A DNA stretch of 64,000 bases. Origin: Azolla caroliniana. Taxonomy: Eukaryota > Plantae > Polypodiophyta. The stretch covers positions 19,158,001-19,222,000 of the forward strand of contig JBHGNT010000015.1 in the NCBI GenBank assembly GCA_043228905.1, written 5' to 3'. Both the position numbers and the translations under genes were made by a program. The notes under the pieces were generated by a model. That model was not told the DNA's origin. It worked only from the letters and a program-made list of their open reading frames with translations, and did no database searches. Below are positions 23,520-36,343 of this stretch, piece after piece (position 1 is the stretch's first letter; each line of letters opens with the position of its first letter).

Positions 23520-26500
23520 TAAGTCCGGCACCCTTACTTGAGGGCAGATGGGGAAGGATGAAGGGGGTTGCGACCAACCCGAGCTTACAAGATCCGGTTG
23601 GCATAAGACACTAGTTCACTGACGAGACACTACGAAAGTTGAAGATCGGTGGGGGTGGCTTCCTACTACCCGCGGAGGATGCTCAAAAGTCACGGAAAGG
23701 CCTTTGCATTCTCGCTGGGGGAGATCAAGTGCGTTGATCCGACAATAATCGAACCGATAGTGATCTTCGCGGTACCGCATGTACCGTGGAGCCTGAAACC
23801 GATTCCGGTGCCGATAGTTCACATCCCGAAGTTGATGGAGATACTTAAGAGGAAGATTGATTGAACCGTCGATTGCTCCATATTTGAATTGGTGGTTCAC
23901 AGTGCCAAAGAAGAACGACACATTGCACTTTATTCGGAACCTACAACCGATCAACAAGGTGACCATTCGAAATGGAGGGATAGGGCCGACCATCGACGAA
24001 TTCACAAAGGCCTTCGCCGGAAGGTCGATCTACTCGGTCGGCGGCTTGTACTCATGGTACTACCAATTCCAACTAGCCGTCGAAAGTAGGGACATCATGA
24101 CGATGCAGACCCCTCTTGGCTTAGTTGGATGTGTACCCTACCATAGGGAGGGACAAATTCGGTGGTGCACATGGTGAATGTGATGAATAAGGTGCCGAGG
24201 AACTGCATCCCAAACATCACCATGCCATTCTTGGATGACATCCCGATAAAGGGATGTCCGGCGTATGGGAAGGACAAGGCAGTCGGGGAAGACGAATGCC
24301 AGAAGTTCCTGGCCAACCATATCGCCAATTGCGAGAAGATATTGTAGAGGCTCGGAGGTGTGTGACTCACCTTCTCGGGGGATTTGTCGGCATTCGGTCA
24401 ATCAGAGATCCTAGTGGCCGGTCACCTGTGCGGGCCATACAGTCGGAAACCGTCTCCGGCAAAGGTGGGGCCCATCTCGGCGATGAAGGAGGAATGCATG
24501 TCGACCACCGAGGTTTGGCGATTCCTAGGGACCCGTGCGTTCTACCACATATAGATCCCACACTATGCGCACATTGCAGAGCCACTCTATGGCTTGTTGA
24601 AAAAGGGGTGGAAGTTCGAGTGGAGAGAAGAGCACTCAGAGGTGGTACAAAGACTAAAGGGGATGCTGAAAACAACACTGGATCTCCGGAAAGCGATATT
24701 CGGGAAGAACTCTCCGGTCTTCATCACGATCGAATCCGATGGGTAATCAACAAGGAGGATGAATCCGGAGCACGGTTCGCCATCTGATTCGGTGCGAAAG
24801 TACTAAGTGAGCAGCAACGAGGATACACCTAGGTTAAGCGAGAACTATGGGGCATCGTTTCGGTAGTAAAGGCCGATAAGGACTACCTGATCAAGACAGA
24901 GGTAATAATTGAGACGAACTGCATTCCGATTCTCGGGATGGTATCTGGATTCGTGACTCCTGACTTGGCGATGCTCAGGTGGATTACATACGTAAAGTCC
25001 CTTAATCTAGAGATACGACACAGCTCTGGGAAAGACAATGTCATGGCCAACATGCTATCGAGGGCGCGATACAATGGAGAAGATGACATGGTATCGGAAG
25101 ACGAAGAAGTCGGCGTGGACTTCTTCGAGTCGGCTTAGTTGTCAGCAAATGGGTGAAACACTCCGACCCTACACGAGTTCAATTAGGACGATTACGACGG
25201 GGAGTGATTTTAGATTGGACAGTTATTGAGCTCGATGACAACGGGAGTGTCAGAGACAAAGAAGGCAAGCAAAATTCAGAAGAAGGCGTACTGGTTCTTC
25301 CTGAAGGACGGGATAATTTGGCGTCACCCAAAGAAACGAAATAGCACACCACTCTGGGTGGTGACGAAGAAGGAGAACCAATCGATGTTGATGTCAGAGT
25401 TCCATGAGAGTCACTGGTCCGGACATTGGGGAACATGGGCCACATTCGAGAAGCTCAAGGAGAGGTATTGGTGGCCAAGAATGTACAAGGACGTGCACCA
25501 CTTCGTGTCGATGTGTGAGAGTTGCCAAGTGCATTCCTGAATCCGGCATAGGGACAAGCTCCAGCTGACTTAGCCGCTGACCATTCACTTCAAGTGGATG
25601 GTTGATTTAATTACAATGCTGATGGGAGTGGGGCTGATGTAGTACCTGGTGCTAGCGAGAGAAGACCTGATGAACCAGGTAGAAGGTTGAGCCTTGTCGA
25701 ACAAGACAACTACGACTGTGTGTCGATTCCTGATCGAGGACATAATTTGCCAATATGAGCGTGTCGGGAAGATCATGGCCGACCGAAGGGAGCTAGACGC
25801 GCGAGAAGCCGAGGAGCTATTCGACCGACTAGGGGTCAAGCTCTCCCTTACGGCGACATACAATTTGGAGGCAAACGGAAGGTCAAGCACGAACATGGGC
25901 CAATCGTGAAGGCGATTGTAAGAGCACACAACAGGCGGGTCGGGAATCTGCCAAGACTCCTACCTTATGCGCTATGGGCCGACCGAACTATGTAAAGCTC
26001 GATGACTGGGTATATGCCGATTGAACTCATGTTCAGAAAGAAGCCAATCATGCTAGTGGAGAGAACGATATCGTCATGGACGACAATCGCTTGGTTGGAT
26101 GAGATGAGTCGGGAATAGATGTTGTCAACAAGGATCCGGCAACTCAAGCGGAAATCGGAGGACATCGAACGAGCGAAAGAACGGGTGAAAGAGGCGTGAA
26201 TGAAGAACAAAGGACGGATCGACCGAACGCATTGGTTGCGGCTAAGAAAGATCGAGGAAGGCGATTGGGTGTTGGTCTACAACAACAATCTCGACAACCA
26301 ACACTGGTCGACCCGAAAGTTTGCAAGGTGGTGGTTTGGGCCATACGTTGTGACGAGTGCCAACGGCAATGCGACATACCATCTAGCGGAGCTCGACGAG
26401 ACGAGGATCGCGGTGCCGATTAGGGGAAAACGAGTAAAAGCCTTCAAGAAGTGGTATGAGTCGGAGCCGGATCCAGACATAGAGGAAGACGATGCCGATC

Positions 26501-27271
26501 GGAACGAGGAATCAGAAGTGGACTTGGTTGACAAAGGATCGGGACAGGACGAATGAAAAACGAACTAGAATCCCCACAACTTCACTACTCGGCACATATC
26601 AGAGGATGTGCGTTTTGGTGGGGGTGGATGTCGTGGGGGATTCCGGCTACAAGGAGAGAACTAGTCGGATGTGCATGAACGGGGGTGTGCAAGTATGCAC
26701 ATGAGCAAGGACCAATGTACAAAGACATGTAAATATAGACATAGTATATAAGTACTAGGTAGAATGGTTAATGGGTACTTTAATGTCCCATAGAAAGAGA
26801 GGAATAATAGGATATGATGTGAGAGAGAATCGAGGAAGAATTGTGATAGAAAATGGTTGTCATGATGCATGATGCAATGGCCTCCCTTTGTGTTATAAAA
26901 GGGGAGGTTTGAACTGTTGTAGACATCCATCGTTTTGGAGGGAGAGGTGTTGTCGGTTTGAGTGTCAGAGTTGTGTCGTTCTCCTTGCTTTGCTATGTAC
27001 TGATTCAGTGCCTTTGCTCACGTAGGAAGCCCGCATGCTCCCGACCAGAGGCTCATCTGTTTTGTGTGTGCATGTGTTGTTGAGCTCGAAGCTTTGTTGA
27101 CGACCGAGTCCGGTTATGTGCCTATGTGCCGAGTGCTCTTCGATCCGGAATCTGGCAACCAGTAAGATAATCCCTGTACGCTTACCCACTTTTCTCTCTT
27201 CATCGACTCCTTGGTTCAAGACCTTGGTGGTCTCACCCCGATCCGACACGTACACACGGAATACCGCGACA
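23520..27271 (+). mobile_element. 5'-truncated, degenerate Ty3/gypsy LTR retrotransposon (RT-RNaseH-integrase remnants, PPT and 3' LTR)
   Basis: Frameshifted pol pieces in gypsy order: RT (WFTVPKKN, PFLDDIPIKG), RNase H (SGKDNVMANMLSR), integrase HHCC (HESHWSGH...CESC) and a GPY motif (KFARWWFGPYVV). PPT GGTGGGGGTGGA ends at 26628. GC-richer than the flanks. Confidence 0.9.
26629..27271 (+). repeat. 3' LTR of the gypsy element (643 bp)
   Basis: TGTCGTGG...CCGCGACA inverted termini immediately after the PPT, with an internal TATAAAAG. Confidence 0.8.
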
Positions 27272-27328
27272 ACGTACACACACATACATACATACATACA
27301 TACATACACACACATACATATATCCATC

Positions 27329-27559
27329 CATAGTATGAATCATACGTGTATTCACATTCGAGAATGTTTCAATCATTCTAATATGGTAAACACCTTCGAA
27401 GTATGGTAAATGCCATACTTTTGTATTCATTATTTATTGTAAGGTAAGAAAATTAAGGTAAAAAGAGTAAACAAAAAAAGCAATGATAAACATACGCATT
27501 CGTGTACATTCGTATGAAAAGAATGTTTGCCAATGCATTCGAGTATATTACGTACTGTA
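27329..27559. mobile_element. MITE-like dispersed repeat, copy 2 (inside a CATA microsatellite, upstream of GPT)
   Basis: Collinear similarity to 8071-8340, e.g. GAATGTTTCAATCATTCT, TCGAAGTATGGTAAAT, CCAATGCATTCGAGTATATTACGTACT. Confidence 0.65.
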
Positions 27560-27564
27560 CTGAT

Positions 27565-27599
27565 GCATCCATACAACACATATACATACATACATACGT

Positions 27600-27630
<31 letters not shown>

Positions 27631-27940
27631 TACATACATACATACATATGTACGTACGTACATACATACATACAGCACATATACATTCATACATAAACTA
27701 TACATGTACATATTACATATAGTACATACATTACATACATTGCATACATTACATACATACAAGTTTGATGATACAACACATATGTATACATTCATACATA
27801 AACTATGTATATACATATTACATATAGTACATACATGACATTCATACATTGCATGCATTACATACATACATACATACATTGCATGCATTACATACATACA
27901 TACATACATAGCACACAGAACAGACAGACAGACAGACAGA
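27565..27940. repeat. Compound (CATA)n/(CA)n/(CAGA)n microsatellite
   Basis: Direct reading; includes a ~50 bp local duplication. Confidence 0.9.
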
Positions 27941-29823
27941 AGACAAGCTTTTCATTACCATCGTCTTTTCATCTTCAGCTTCGCCATCTTCATCACCTGT
28001 TCTGTCTGAGCTTCCTCCCGACAGTGATAACTTCCAAGTAAGCCCTGCATCTTTCTCTCCTTTCTCTCTCTCTCTCTCTCTCTCACAGATAGTTCGTCTC
28101 TATTTTCTCTAATGTGTTTATTTGATTTCAAGAATTTAATGAAGAATTGCTTCTCCCCCGTCATCGTTTCTTTGATCTCATCCATTCATTCTAAGAAATC
28201 ATCCTCGGTCATCTGTTATTTCTTTCTCAGAAACCATTATCTCTATTTATCTGTTTATAATTGATCTCCCTCCTTTTATGTAATTTCTTTTCTCTTCTTT
28301 ATTGGAATTTTCTTTCTCAGAGAAATCGACTTTACTTCTCAGTTTTCATGCTTGCTTATCTTCTTCTTGTCTTTGTTTCCAAGTCTTTCCTTGTATCTCT
28401 TTTTAAGCCAAAAAATGTTTTCATCTTCTTAAATCTGCCATTCTTTCACAGATAAATCATCTTTAATTCTCTGCTTATGCTTCAACTTGGCTTGTTTTTT
28501 TCTTTGTTTTTACACGTCTCTTCATTTTTTAAGCAAAAACTTTTAACCCAACTTTCCTCCTCCGAGGGTAATCGTCGTTAATTCTCTGCTCATGCTTTAA
28601 ATTTACTGAGTATTTTCTTTACCGTTTCCATGTCTTTTCTTTGATCTCAATTTCATTCGAAAGAAATGTGTCTGTCTTTCTTATTTCTCTGTTCGTGATT
28701 GAAATTCGCTTATGTTTTCTTCCAAATACATTGCTTTTCGTTCTTAACTTTGACCTCTTTGTAATTTGAAGCAACTGTGTTTCGATCTTCTATCTTTCTC
28801 AGAGAAATCATCTCTAATTTTTTGTTAAATGATTATTCAGGCTAGAATTTTGCTTCTTTTTCTTTCATCTTTTCTTTGACCTCCTAATTTAGAGTGAAAA
28901 AGCCGATATCTGATTAAATCTGCCTTTCCTTTTTCAGATTTTTTACCTAAGACATGATTTTCCTTCTTTTTCTCCATATTTTCTTGGATCTCTTAATTTG
29001 ATGAAGAAAAATCCTTGATCTGGTTTCTATGTTTCTTTCTAGGATAAAATATCTCTAATTCTCCTCCAAATAACAATTGCATGTTTGATTTGTTCCTTTC
29101 TTTTCCATGATCTCAATGTACTAGAAGAAACAACACATCAAATGATTGAATCTCTCTTTCTTTCTTTCTTATAGAAATAATCTGTAATAAACTATTATCA
29201 AATAATAAACCATGATTGAATGCTTTTGTTTCGCTTCCCCATATTGATTTTATCTATTTATCTGAAGTATTAACACTTTGATCTGGCAGTCATCTCTAAT
29301 TCTTTCGCAAAATGATAATTCATAATTCTTAGATTTCGTGCTTGAAATTTGGATTCTTTATTTTCTTTCTCAGAGAAATAATCTCTTATTTTTTCATGAA
29401 AATTTGATGATTCCTAAATCTTAGATTTCATGCCATATGTTTGAGTAATTTGTTGTCTGTCTGAGAGGTCATCTCTAATTCTATGTCCAGTGATGCATAA
29501 TATGTATAACTACTCAAGTGATCTTCATGATGAACACATGCTTGGTTTTTGAGCTTTGGTAAATTTAGAACAGTAGAAGTTAGAGTATATTTAGAGATAT
29601 TATCTTGTGCAACGTCTTCGGACCTCTTTGAAGGAATTGTTTTCTTGGTTGCAGTCTTTGCTAATTCGTGAGTTTTGATTGATTTTAGGATTTGTTGTAA
29701 TAGTGGGACACTAGATCCATGTAATTCTGGCAATATACTGCTCCATTTTGATTTTCATCTTTCAGAAGAAATAATTTTCTTTCTTGCACTTCTTGCTACA
29801 GGAAAGCTGCAATATATTTATTC

Positions 29824-32800
29824 ATGGCAAGTACTTGTGTGATGACGGCTGATACCATCACAAGATTTCCTTCGCAAATTACAGTTCAATCTTCTTTGAT
29901 TTCTAAAAATCTGAAGAAAAATGTCAGAGTTACAAAATTCTATGGCCATATAACACCCTCTCTAATTTCAAATAAGAAGGAATTCCTCTCAGGAAACACC
30001 AGTTTACTAGATAAGGGCATTGGCAGTTCTGGACTGACATATAACCTTTCTAGGAAATTTGCTATTACGGGTAAAACTGAGGCTTCATATAACAGTGGAG
30101 GAGAATCGGATGGTGTTTTGGAGTCTATTCCAAGTTCAAATCATGCCTTTACGACTCAAGATCATGATACATCATCTGAGCCCTCGATGAGCAAGGTGAA
30201 GATCGGGATCTACTTTGCCACATGGTGGGCTCTAAACGTCGTCTTCAACATATACAACAAGAAAGTGCTGAATGCTTACCCTTACCCTTGGTTAACTTCT
30301 ACACTTTCTCTTGCAGCGGGTTCTTTGATCATGGTTGCTTCTTGGATAACTGGCATCGCCAAAGCCCCTGATGTTGATCTTGACTTTTGGAAAGCTCTTG
30401 CACCTGTAAGTTGTGTATAATAATACACACACACGCATGCACACACGCATAGAGATTGTAGCCGAAAAACAAAAATTTCTCAATGTTGTACGAGAGAATA
30501 ATCCTTGTATTTGTGTAAACTTAGAAGACCTATGCATTGTTTTCTACATCAAAGAATAAGCAAACATATCCAAATGTTGACAGGACCAATGCATTGTTCT
30601 CTACTTTGAAGAACAAGCAAATCTGTCAATAATTTTTCTACTTTACTTCATGGCCAAATAAACTATTGCAACAAACTCACCATTTTAAAGAGATTGCTTG
30701 AAGTCCTTGGAGCCATTTACTAGGTGATTTATACTATTTCCTTGAGAAATCTTCATATTGTAAAAACAATTGTGACCTTAAGCAGTCTTTTCTACTTCCA
30801 AGACCAAGCAGATCTATCCAAGTGATTACCATGTGGTAGGCAGGGCATTGCAAAATTGCAAGAAGTTACTAAACTTCACAATTTAGAAGCTTAACTTGTT
30901 CCTACCATGTGAGTATATTTTGTAGTTTACACAGAATTAGTAGGCCATCTCTAGTCACATGTGGGATAACATTATATTTGAATAATTGAGAGCGTATGCA
31001 TCCGCATGAAGTCTTTCTACTTCCAAGAATAAACAAACATATCCTAATGATCACCACATGGACAAGTAAACTGTTCTAGAATTGCAGCACGTGTCACAAT
31101 TTAGAAGAGATTACATTTGGTTGTTGCTCTTGCGTCCCTACTGTTAGTAGACTATAGCTCGCACAAAAATTAGTAGGACATCTCAAAGTAGCAGGTGAGA
31201 TAAGTTTATTTTCTGCTAGTAATATGGCCTACCTAGAATAAGAAAATGTATGCAAGTAATTACACCATAGCCCACTAATTTTCTGCCACAAAGTTGAAAG
31301 ATTTGCTCACAATTGTTGAACAGCTTAGAACTTTATATTTTTAGCACATGCCACAATTGAGAGCCTACTTCCAAGAAATAAGCAAGTGTTGCAGTGAACC
31401 CTTGTAAAACATGAAATGAATAACTGCATATCACCTTTTAGAAGATTTTAATGAGTCCTTAAAGCATAACATTTTACTTTTTGATTTTGTGCTAAACTAT
31501 ATCTCTGAACTTCATATTGTCTCAATGATGATCAGGTTGCTTTGGCACACACAATAGGACATGTTGCTGCAACTGTGAGCATGTCCAAAGTTGCCGTTTC
31601 ATTCACGCACATTATAAAGAGCGCAGAGCCAGCTTTCAGCGTCTTGGTTTCACGTTTCCTTTTAGGCGAACACTTCCCTATGCCTGTTTACCTCTCATTA
31701 ATACCCATAATTGGTGGTTGTGGTCTTGCAGCCTTAACAGAACTAAACTTCAACATGACAGGTATTTTACTTGCTGATACGCATTATTACCCAATAAACT
31801 CTTTATTCTCTAGATGCCCTAGGTATTTTTATTATGGCCATTGGTCAACTTCTGAAAAGGAGAATGAGCATATAAGCTAGAGGAAAGGAATGATTTGACA
31901 ATATAGTTTCTAAAATAGCAGATATATTGCTCTTTCGGTGATTCACCAGGGGCATTTGGAATTAATGAAAAGTCAAGGGCATTTGGGGAACTAAGAATTT
32001 TTTTATCAAGGATATTTCAAACTTTCCGCAATTTTAATACCAATATTGGATGAGTATTCACTTCAATGCTCTGAATTTTTTAAATCCAGGCTTTATGGGC
32101 GCAATGATCTCTAATTTGGCATTTGTTTTCCGCAACATTTTCTCCAAAAAAGGCATGAAAGGAAAATCTGTCGGTGGAATGAACTACTATGCATGCCTTT
32201 CAATACTCTCTCTAGTATTTTTGACCCCTTTTGCCTTTGCTGTGGAAGGACCCAAACTTTGGGTAGATGGGTGGCAAGCAGCCATTCAGACAATTGGTCC
32301 TCATTTTGTGTGGTAAATGCTTATTCATTGTATATTTTTGCAGCCTTTTATGATGATGTAACTACCTCTTGGTCACCCCTAATTTGAGATTAATAGCTTC
32401 CATTGGGATGATACAGGTGGGTTGCCGCGCAGAGTGTGTTCTATCATCTTTACAACCAAGTCTCATACATGTCGCTGAATGAAATTTCACCATTAACATT
32501 CAGCATCGGTAACACGATGAAGAGAGTTTCAGTTATAGTATCATCAATCATAATCTTCCATACTACGGTCCGACCTATCAATGCGGTTGGTGCTGCAGTT
32601 GCCATTTTGGGAACCTTCCTCTATTCACAGGTAAAAAAATCTAAGATTATTATGAATAACTTAAATTATTTTGATTTGGCAAAACACCATAATGCTTTTG
32701 ACTTACTGGGCATTTACGAGAATACCTTTAAGGTAAAAAAATACCAAAGTACCCCTCTGTAGAAGTAGATTTGGCACTGAAGATGGGTATTCTGGTAAAT

Positions 32801-32921
32801 ACCCAATAAATTGGGGGTGTTTTGGTGGTTTCCATTTCTGCTATAGCTACACATGTGTTGCTAGAACATGTCGCTTTGAGGTTACATTCTACTCTTTGTT
32901 AAATTGCAGGCAAAACAGTAA
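29824..32921 (+). CDS. GPT: Plastid glucose-6-phosphate/phosphate translocator (~418 aa, with transit peptide)
   Basis: Exons 29824-30405, 31536-31761, 32090-32312, 32417-32630 and 32910-32921, all GT-AG and in frame. Motifs: KIGIYFATWWALNVVFNIYNKKVLN, HTIGHVAATVSMSKVAVSFTHIIKSAEPAF, GGMNYYACLS, FYHLYNQVSYMSL and a C-terminal YSQAKQ*. Ser/Thr-rich N-terminus. Probable 5'UTR intron 28038-29801. Confidence 0.95.
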
Positions 32922-33830
32922 AAAGGTGTAATACATTAATGAAACTGGCCTAAGTAAGGGAGCAGGTTCCAAATATTTTACTGGTTTTCTATTGACATAT
33001 CGGCTTCTATCATTTGGTTAATTTCTTGGAGACAGAGATCTTACTGCATGATCATGATTCTGAACATTTAATTTATAACTTAGTATGTGACAATTTTATG
33101 TTGCATATAATCTAGAATTTTACACTTCAACCCCAAAATAATGGAAGACAAGTACCTTGAGTAGGTGCTTATGGAGTTCTAGGTGCCAAGGGCGACATGG
33201 AGAAAATGTGGGTTTTCCTTTTCTCCAAATTTTAGAATCTAATAAAGCTAAAGATGAGATATCATTTTTGGTGATGGAATATGAGCATTGAGAGCGTTGT
33301 TCTTTTATTATGCTGTACACAATTGTCCAATAAACATATTCTAAGTTTTGGTATCGTAATTGAATTGTGACATGCTTTTCTATCTCAACTGAAGTACTCA
33401 TTGCTGCATTTGAATACATTATATAGAATACAAGTTCTTTTTACCCTCATCTCAAAAGTACTATCAGTTTTAAAGACAATTTGTCTCATTGAAAAATTGT
33501 CCAATAGAAGTTATAGAAGGTTATAGGAGAGCATACATATTTGGTCAATAAAGGGGGTTTTTCATACCATAGATGGGTTGGTGTTTTTTCAAGATTGGAA
33601 GTACTCTTGATTGTAAAGGAGTATTTAGGGGATCAGACCTTCTGTTCTTTAGATCTAGATAATGCAAATCAATTGTCTCTGTCGTAGGAAACAGTAATCG
33701 ATTATCCTTATGCTATCGAACACGAGATAAGGATAATAGGATACGCTGATCGCAAATTGTATATTGATCCACCGATAGAGGACATAAGGTCACATTGGAA
33801 GTTGTGAGTGTTGGCTGAACAACCGTTGTC

Positions 33831-34032
33831 TAGATTAGATTGTGACCTAGTTGATTATCAGTGGACACATCTATTTACGGGTAATAACTTTAATTTTTTC
33901 CAATATTTTGTACTGTTTGGAAGACATTTGCTAGATTAGATTGTGACCTAGTTGGTTATCAGTGGACACATCTATTTACGGGTAATAACTTTAATTTTTT
34001 CCAATATTTTGTACTGTTTGGAAGACATTTGC
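33831..34032. repeat. Near-perfect 101-bp tandem duplication
   Basis: 33831-33931 is repeated at 33932-34032 with one substitution. Confidence 0.9.
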
Positions 34033-34379
34033 TCTCCGATCGACAGGATGTGTTACCAATTGCATTTCAATAGTGGAGTTAGCAAGGTATTACTCTGAAG
34101 TTTCTTGCTAAGTTTTGGGTTAACCCATGGGCAAGAAAACAACCACAACAAATATTGCTATATAGTGGTTACTTGTGCATTGAGCTTTGCTTGTTTGCAC
34201 ATGGCTACGTAAGAGGGTGTATCCTCTAGTTGTGCTTCTTGTCATTTACAAGCTAAAACTTATAAACATTGTTATGGGACTACATTGAGTCTCAATTCTT
34301 ATGGCAACGTTTCCTTAGAATATTTGCTAACGACTTTCCCCCATCAATATTCACATAGGGCATGGTGGTTTGGACGTCA

Positions 34380-34740
34380 CTTGTTCGTTCTATTTCCCAT
34401 TACATCGCTGAATCTATGGACCATGGTTTTCACACGAAATCTGGAAGTGTTCGTACACTTCCATTAGTGTCTATTCAATTTTTAGGGATAAGGAAGGAGA
34501 TACAACCATTATGGGAGATACTGAATAGTACTACTGCATATTACATCTAGAAAGCTCGATGCTCTCTTGTTTTTCATCAAGTTAGAGCCTCACCAATTGA
34601 ATTGGTAAAAAGGATTTGGTTGGACATGATTCATACTTTGAAGGGTCAATGTTGTATTGTTGGAGATTTTGATGATAAAGTTGCTCAACACCATTAGTTT
34701 CTTACTTTGTGGACAACTACTCCACTTCTGACCACAAAGA
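34380..34740 (+). mobile_element. Highly degenerate LINE endonuclease remnant
   Basis: Reads WLDMIHTLKGQCCIVGDFD (W.I.GDFN-like), with an SDH-like codon string downstream. Confidence 0.35.
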
Positions 34741-36200
34741 ATGGCATTCCTTTTTGGCACTTTCAGCCACCAAAATGGTTGTTTCCTCTGCCAATCATAT
34801 AGGAATCAAAACTTTGTAGATTGTTTACACTAATGAATGGATCTATTTTTTGGGAAAAAAAGTGGTCAATAAAGATGTTTGAGTAACCACATATTCCATT
34901 AAGAAAGAGATGATTGCAAGTTGTTGATAGACTATGTTGTATGTTGTGGTTTTTATGTTCTGATGACAAACCCATTGCCCTTTGGAGCCCCACCTATGTG
35001 ACCATTCACAAATGATGGGTTCATATCTAGCTTATTGAGTTCCAAAGGTATGCATCCCATCATAATCATTGATGAATTGATAAGTTCCATCATTGACATA
35101 TCAACTTCCAAGGGAATGCATACTATCACAATGCTTAGCAACACTAATCTATGCTATGGATAGCATAATATAATATTGATCAGTGGTGTAATTATCACCT
35201 CCATAGATGTCTTAATTTCCATCCTTTGTAGGAAAGTTGAGGCACATGTTCCTATTCCTTGGGCACTATCAAATGAATGATTATTGAAGGTAGGATCTTG
35301 GGTATTGCCCCAAGCCTTGAGGATGAGGATCGGCAATCATGTCGTCCCACTTCACATATCACACCCCTAAATTCTAGAAGACCTACATAGATAAAATGAT
35401 CCACCAAAGGCAATGAACTCACTCCAAAAAGTCATGAAAGGTACTTGTTTCGCACCTTTAAACCAAAAAATACCTAGTTAGTTTCCATTTCAATTGTAGA
35501 TGAAGCCATCTAGCCAATAAGACAACTCTCTTATAAAGGTTGTGGTTATTGCATAGCCTCATTACGTACCACCATTGATATCCATTCTTGTTGTTATTGC
35601 ATAGACTCATTATGTACCACCATTGATATGCTTCGAATGTAATTGTTAATCTCTAGCCTTTTGATGCTCAATGGTGGGAGTAGCATACAAAGAGGACAGA
35701 GACGAATCTAGCTTTGTCTTGAAGGTCATCATTGAATATTTGAAGAGCATGTGCTCAAACCTACACGTCTAAAAAAACAGTATAATCAATGACATTCAAA
35801 CCCTCGTGGATAAAAGTTTAATACTAGTAATAGAGATTCCATTACTACATTTGCCTTTCCTGAAAAAGAGAGACAATAGGTGGCTTACGATAGGAGATAG
35901 TTAAAAAGTAACAAATTCTATATGTTGATTTCATAAATGTTGCGCATTAGAGATAAGCTTGTTTGAGTGTGGATATAATAATAATAATAATAATAATCTA
36001 ATATTCTACATGATATACAATCTTCTTCGAGGTGTCTATTCAATGTAATATTTCTTTTGGCACTAGATGGTTGCAGTATACAAAGACATGAAAATGTTGA
36101 TGATCTTGAACCATGATTTAAAATGTAAGATATTGAGATCCACATAGACCATAAGAACATCCTTCTTAGGATGGCATCTAAAGAAATAAAAGAAATAAGG

Positions 36201-36343
36201 CTATGTAATCAGTCTCATTTTCTTGAACTTGATTGGAGGGAGATTCCCCGATTTGTGTATAAACCTCCTTGTACAATCTTTTTGTAATAATCCGTCCTAA
36301 CTAATGGGAAAGTAGCTTCATTTTGAAAAGAAAAAGAAAAAGA
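36201..36343 (+). mobile_element. Extremely 5'-truncated LINE 3' end (~143 bp) with A-rich tail and 13-bp TSD
   Basis: Homologous to the 3' end of the LINE at ~54975-55098. AAAAGAAATAAGG is repeated at 36188-36200 and 36344-36356. Confidence 0.8.

Noticed and set aside
26965-28041. Cluster of YVCM/HTYI-rich ORFs
   Set aside because: They are translations of the CATA microsatellite and the LTR.
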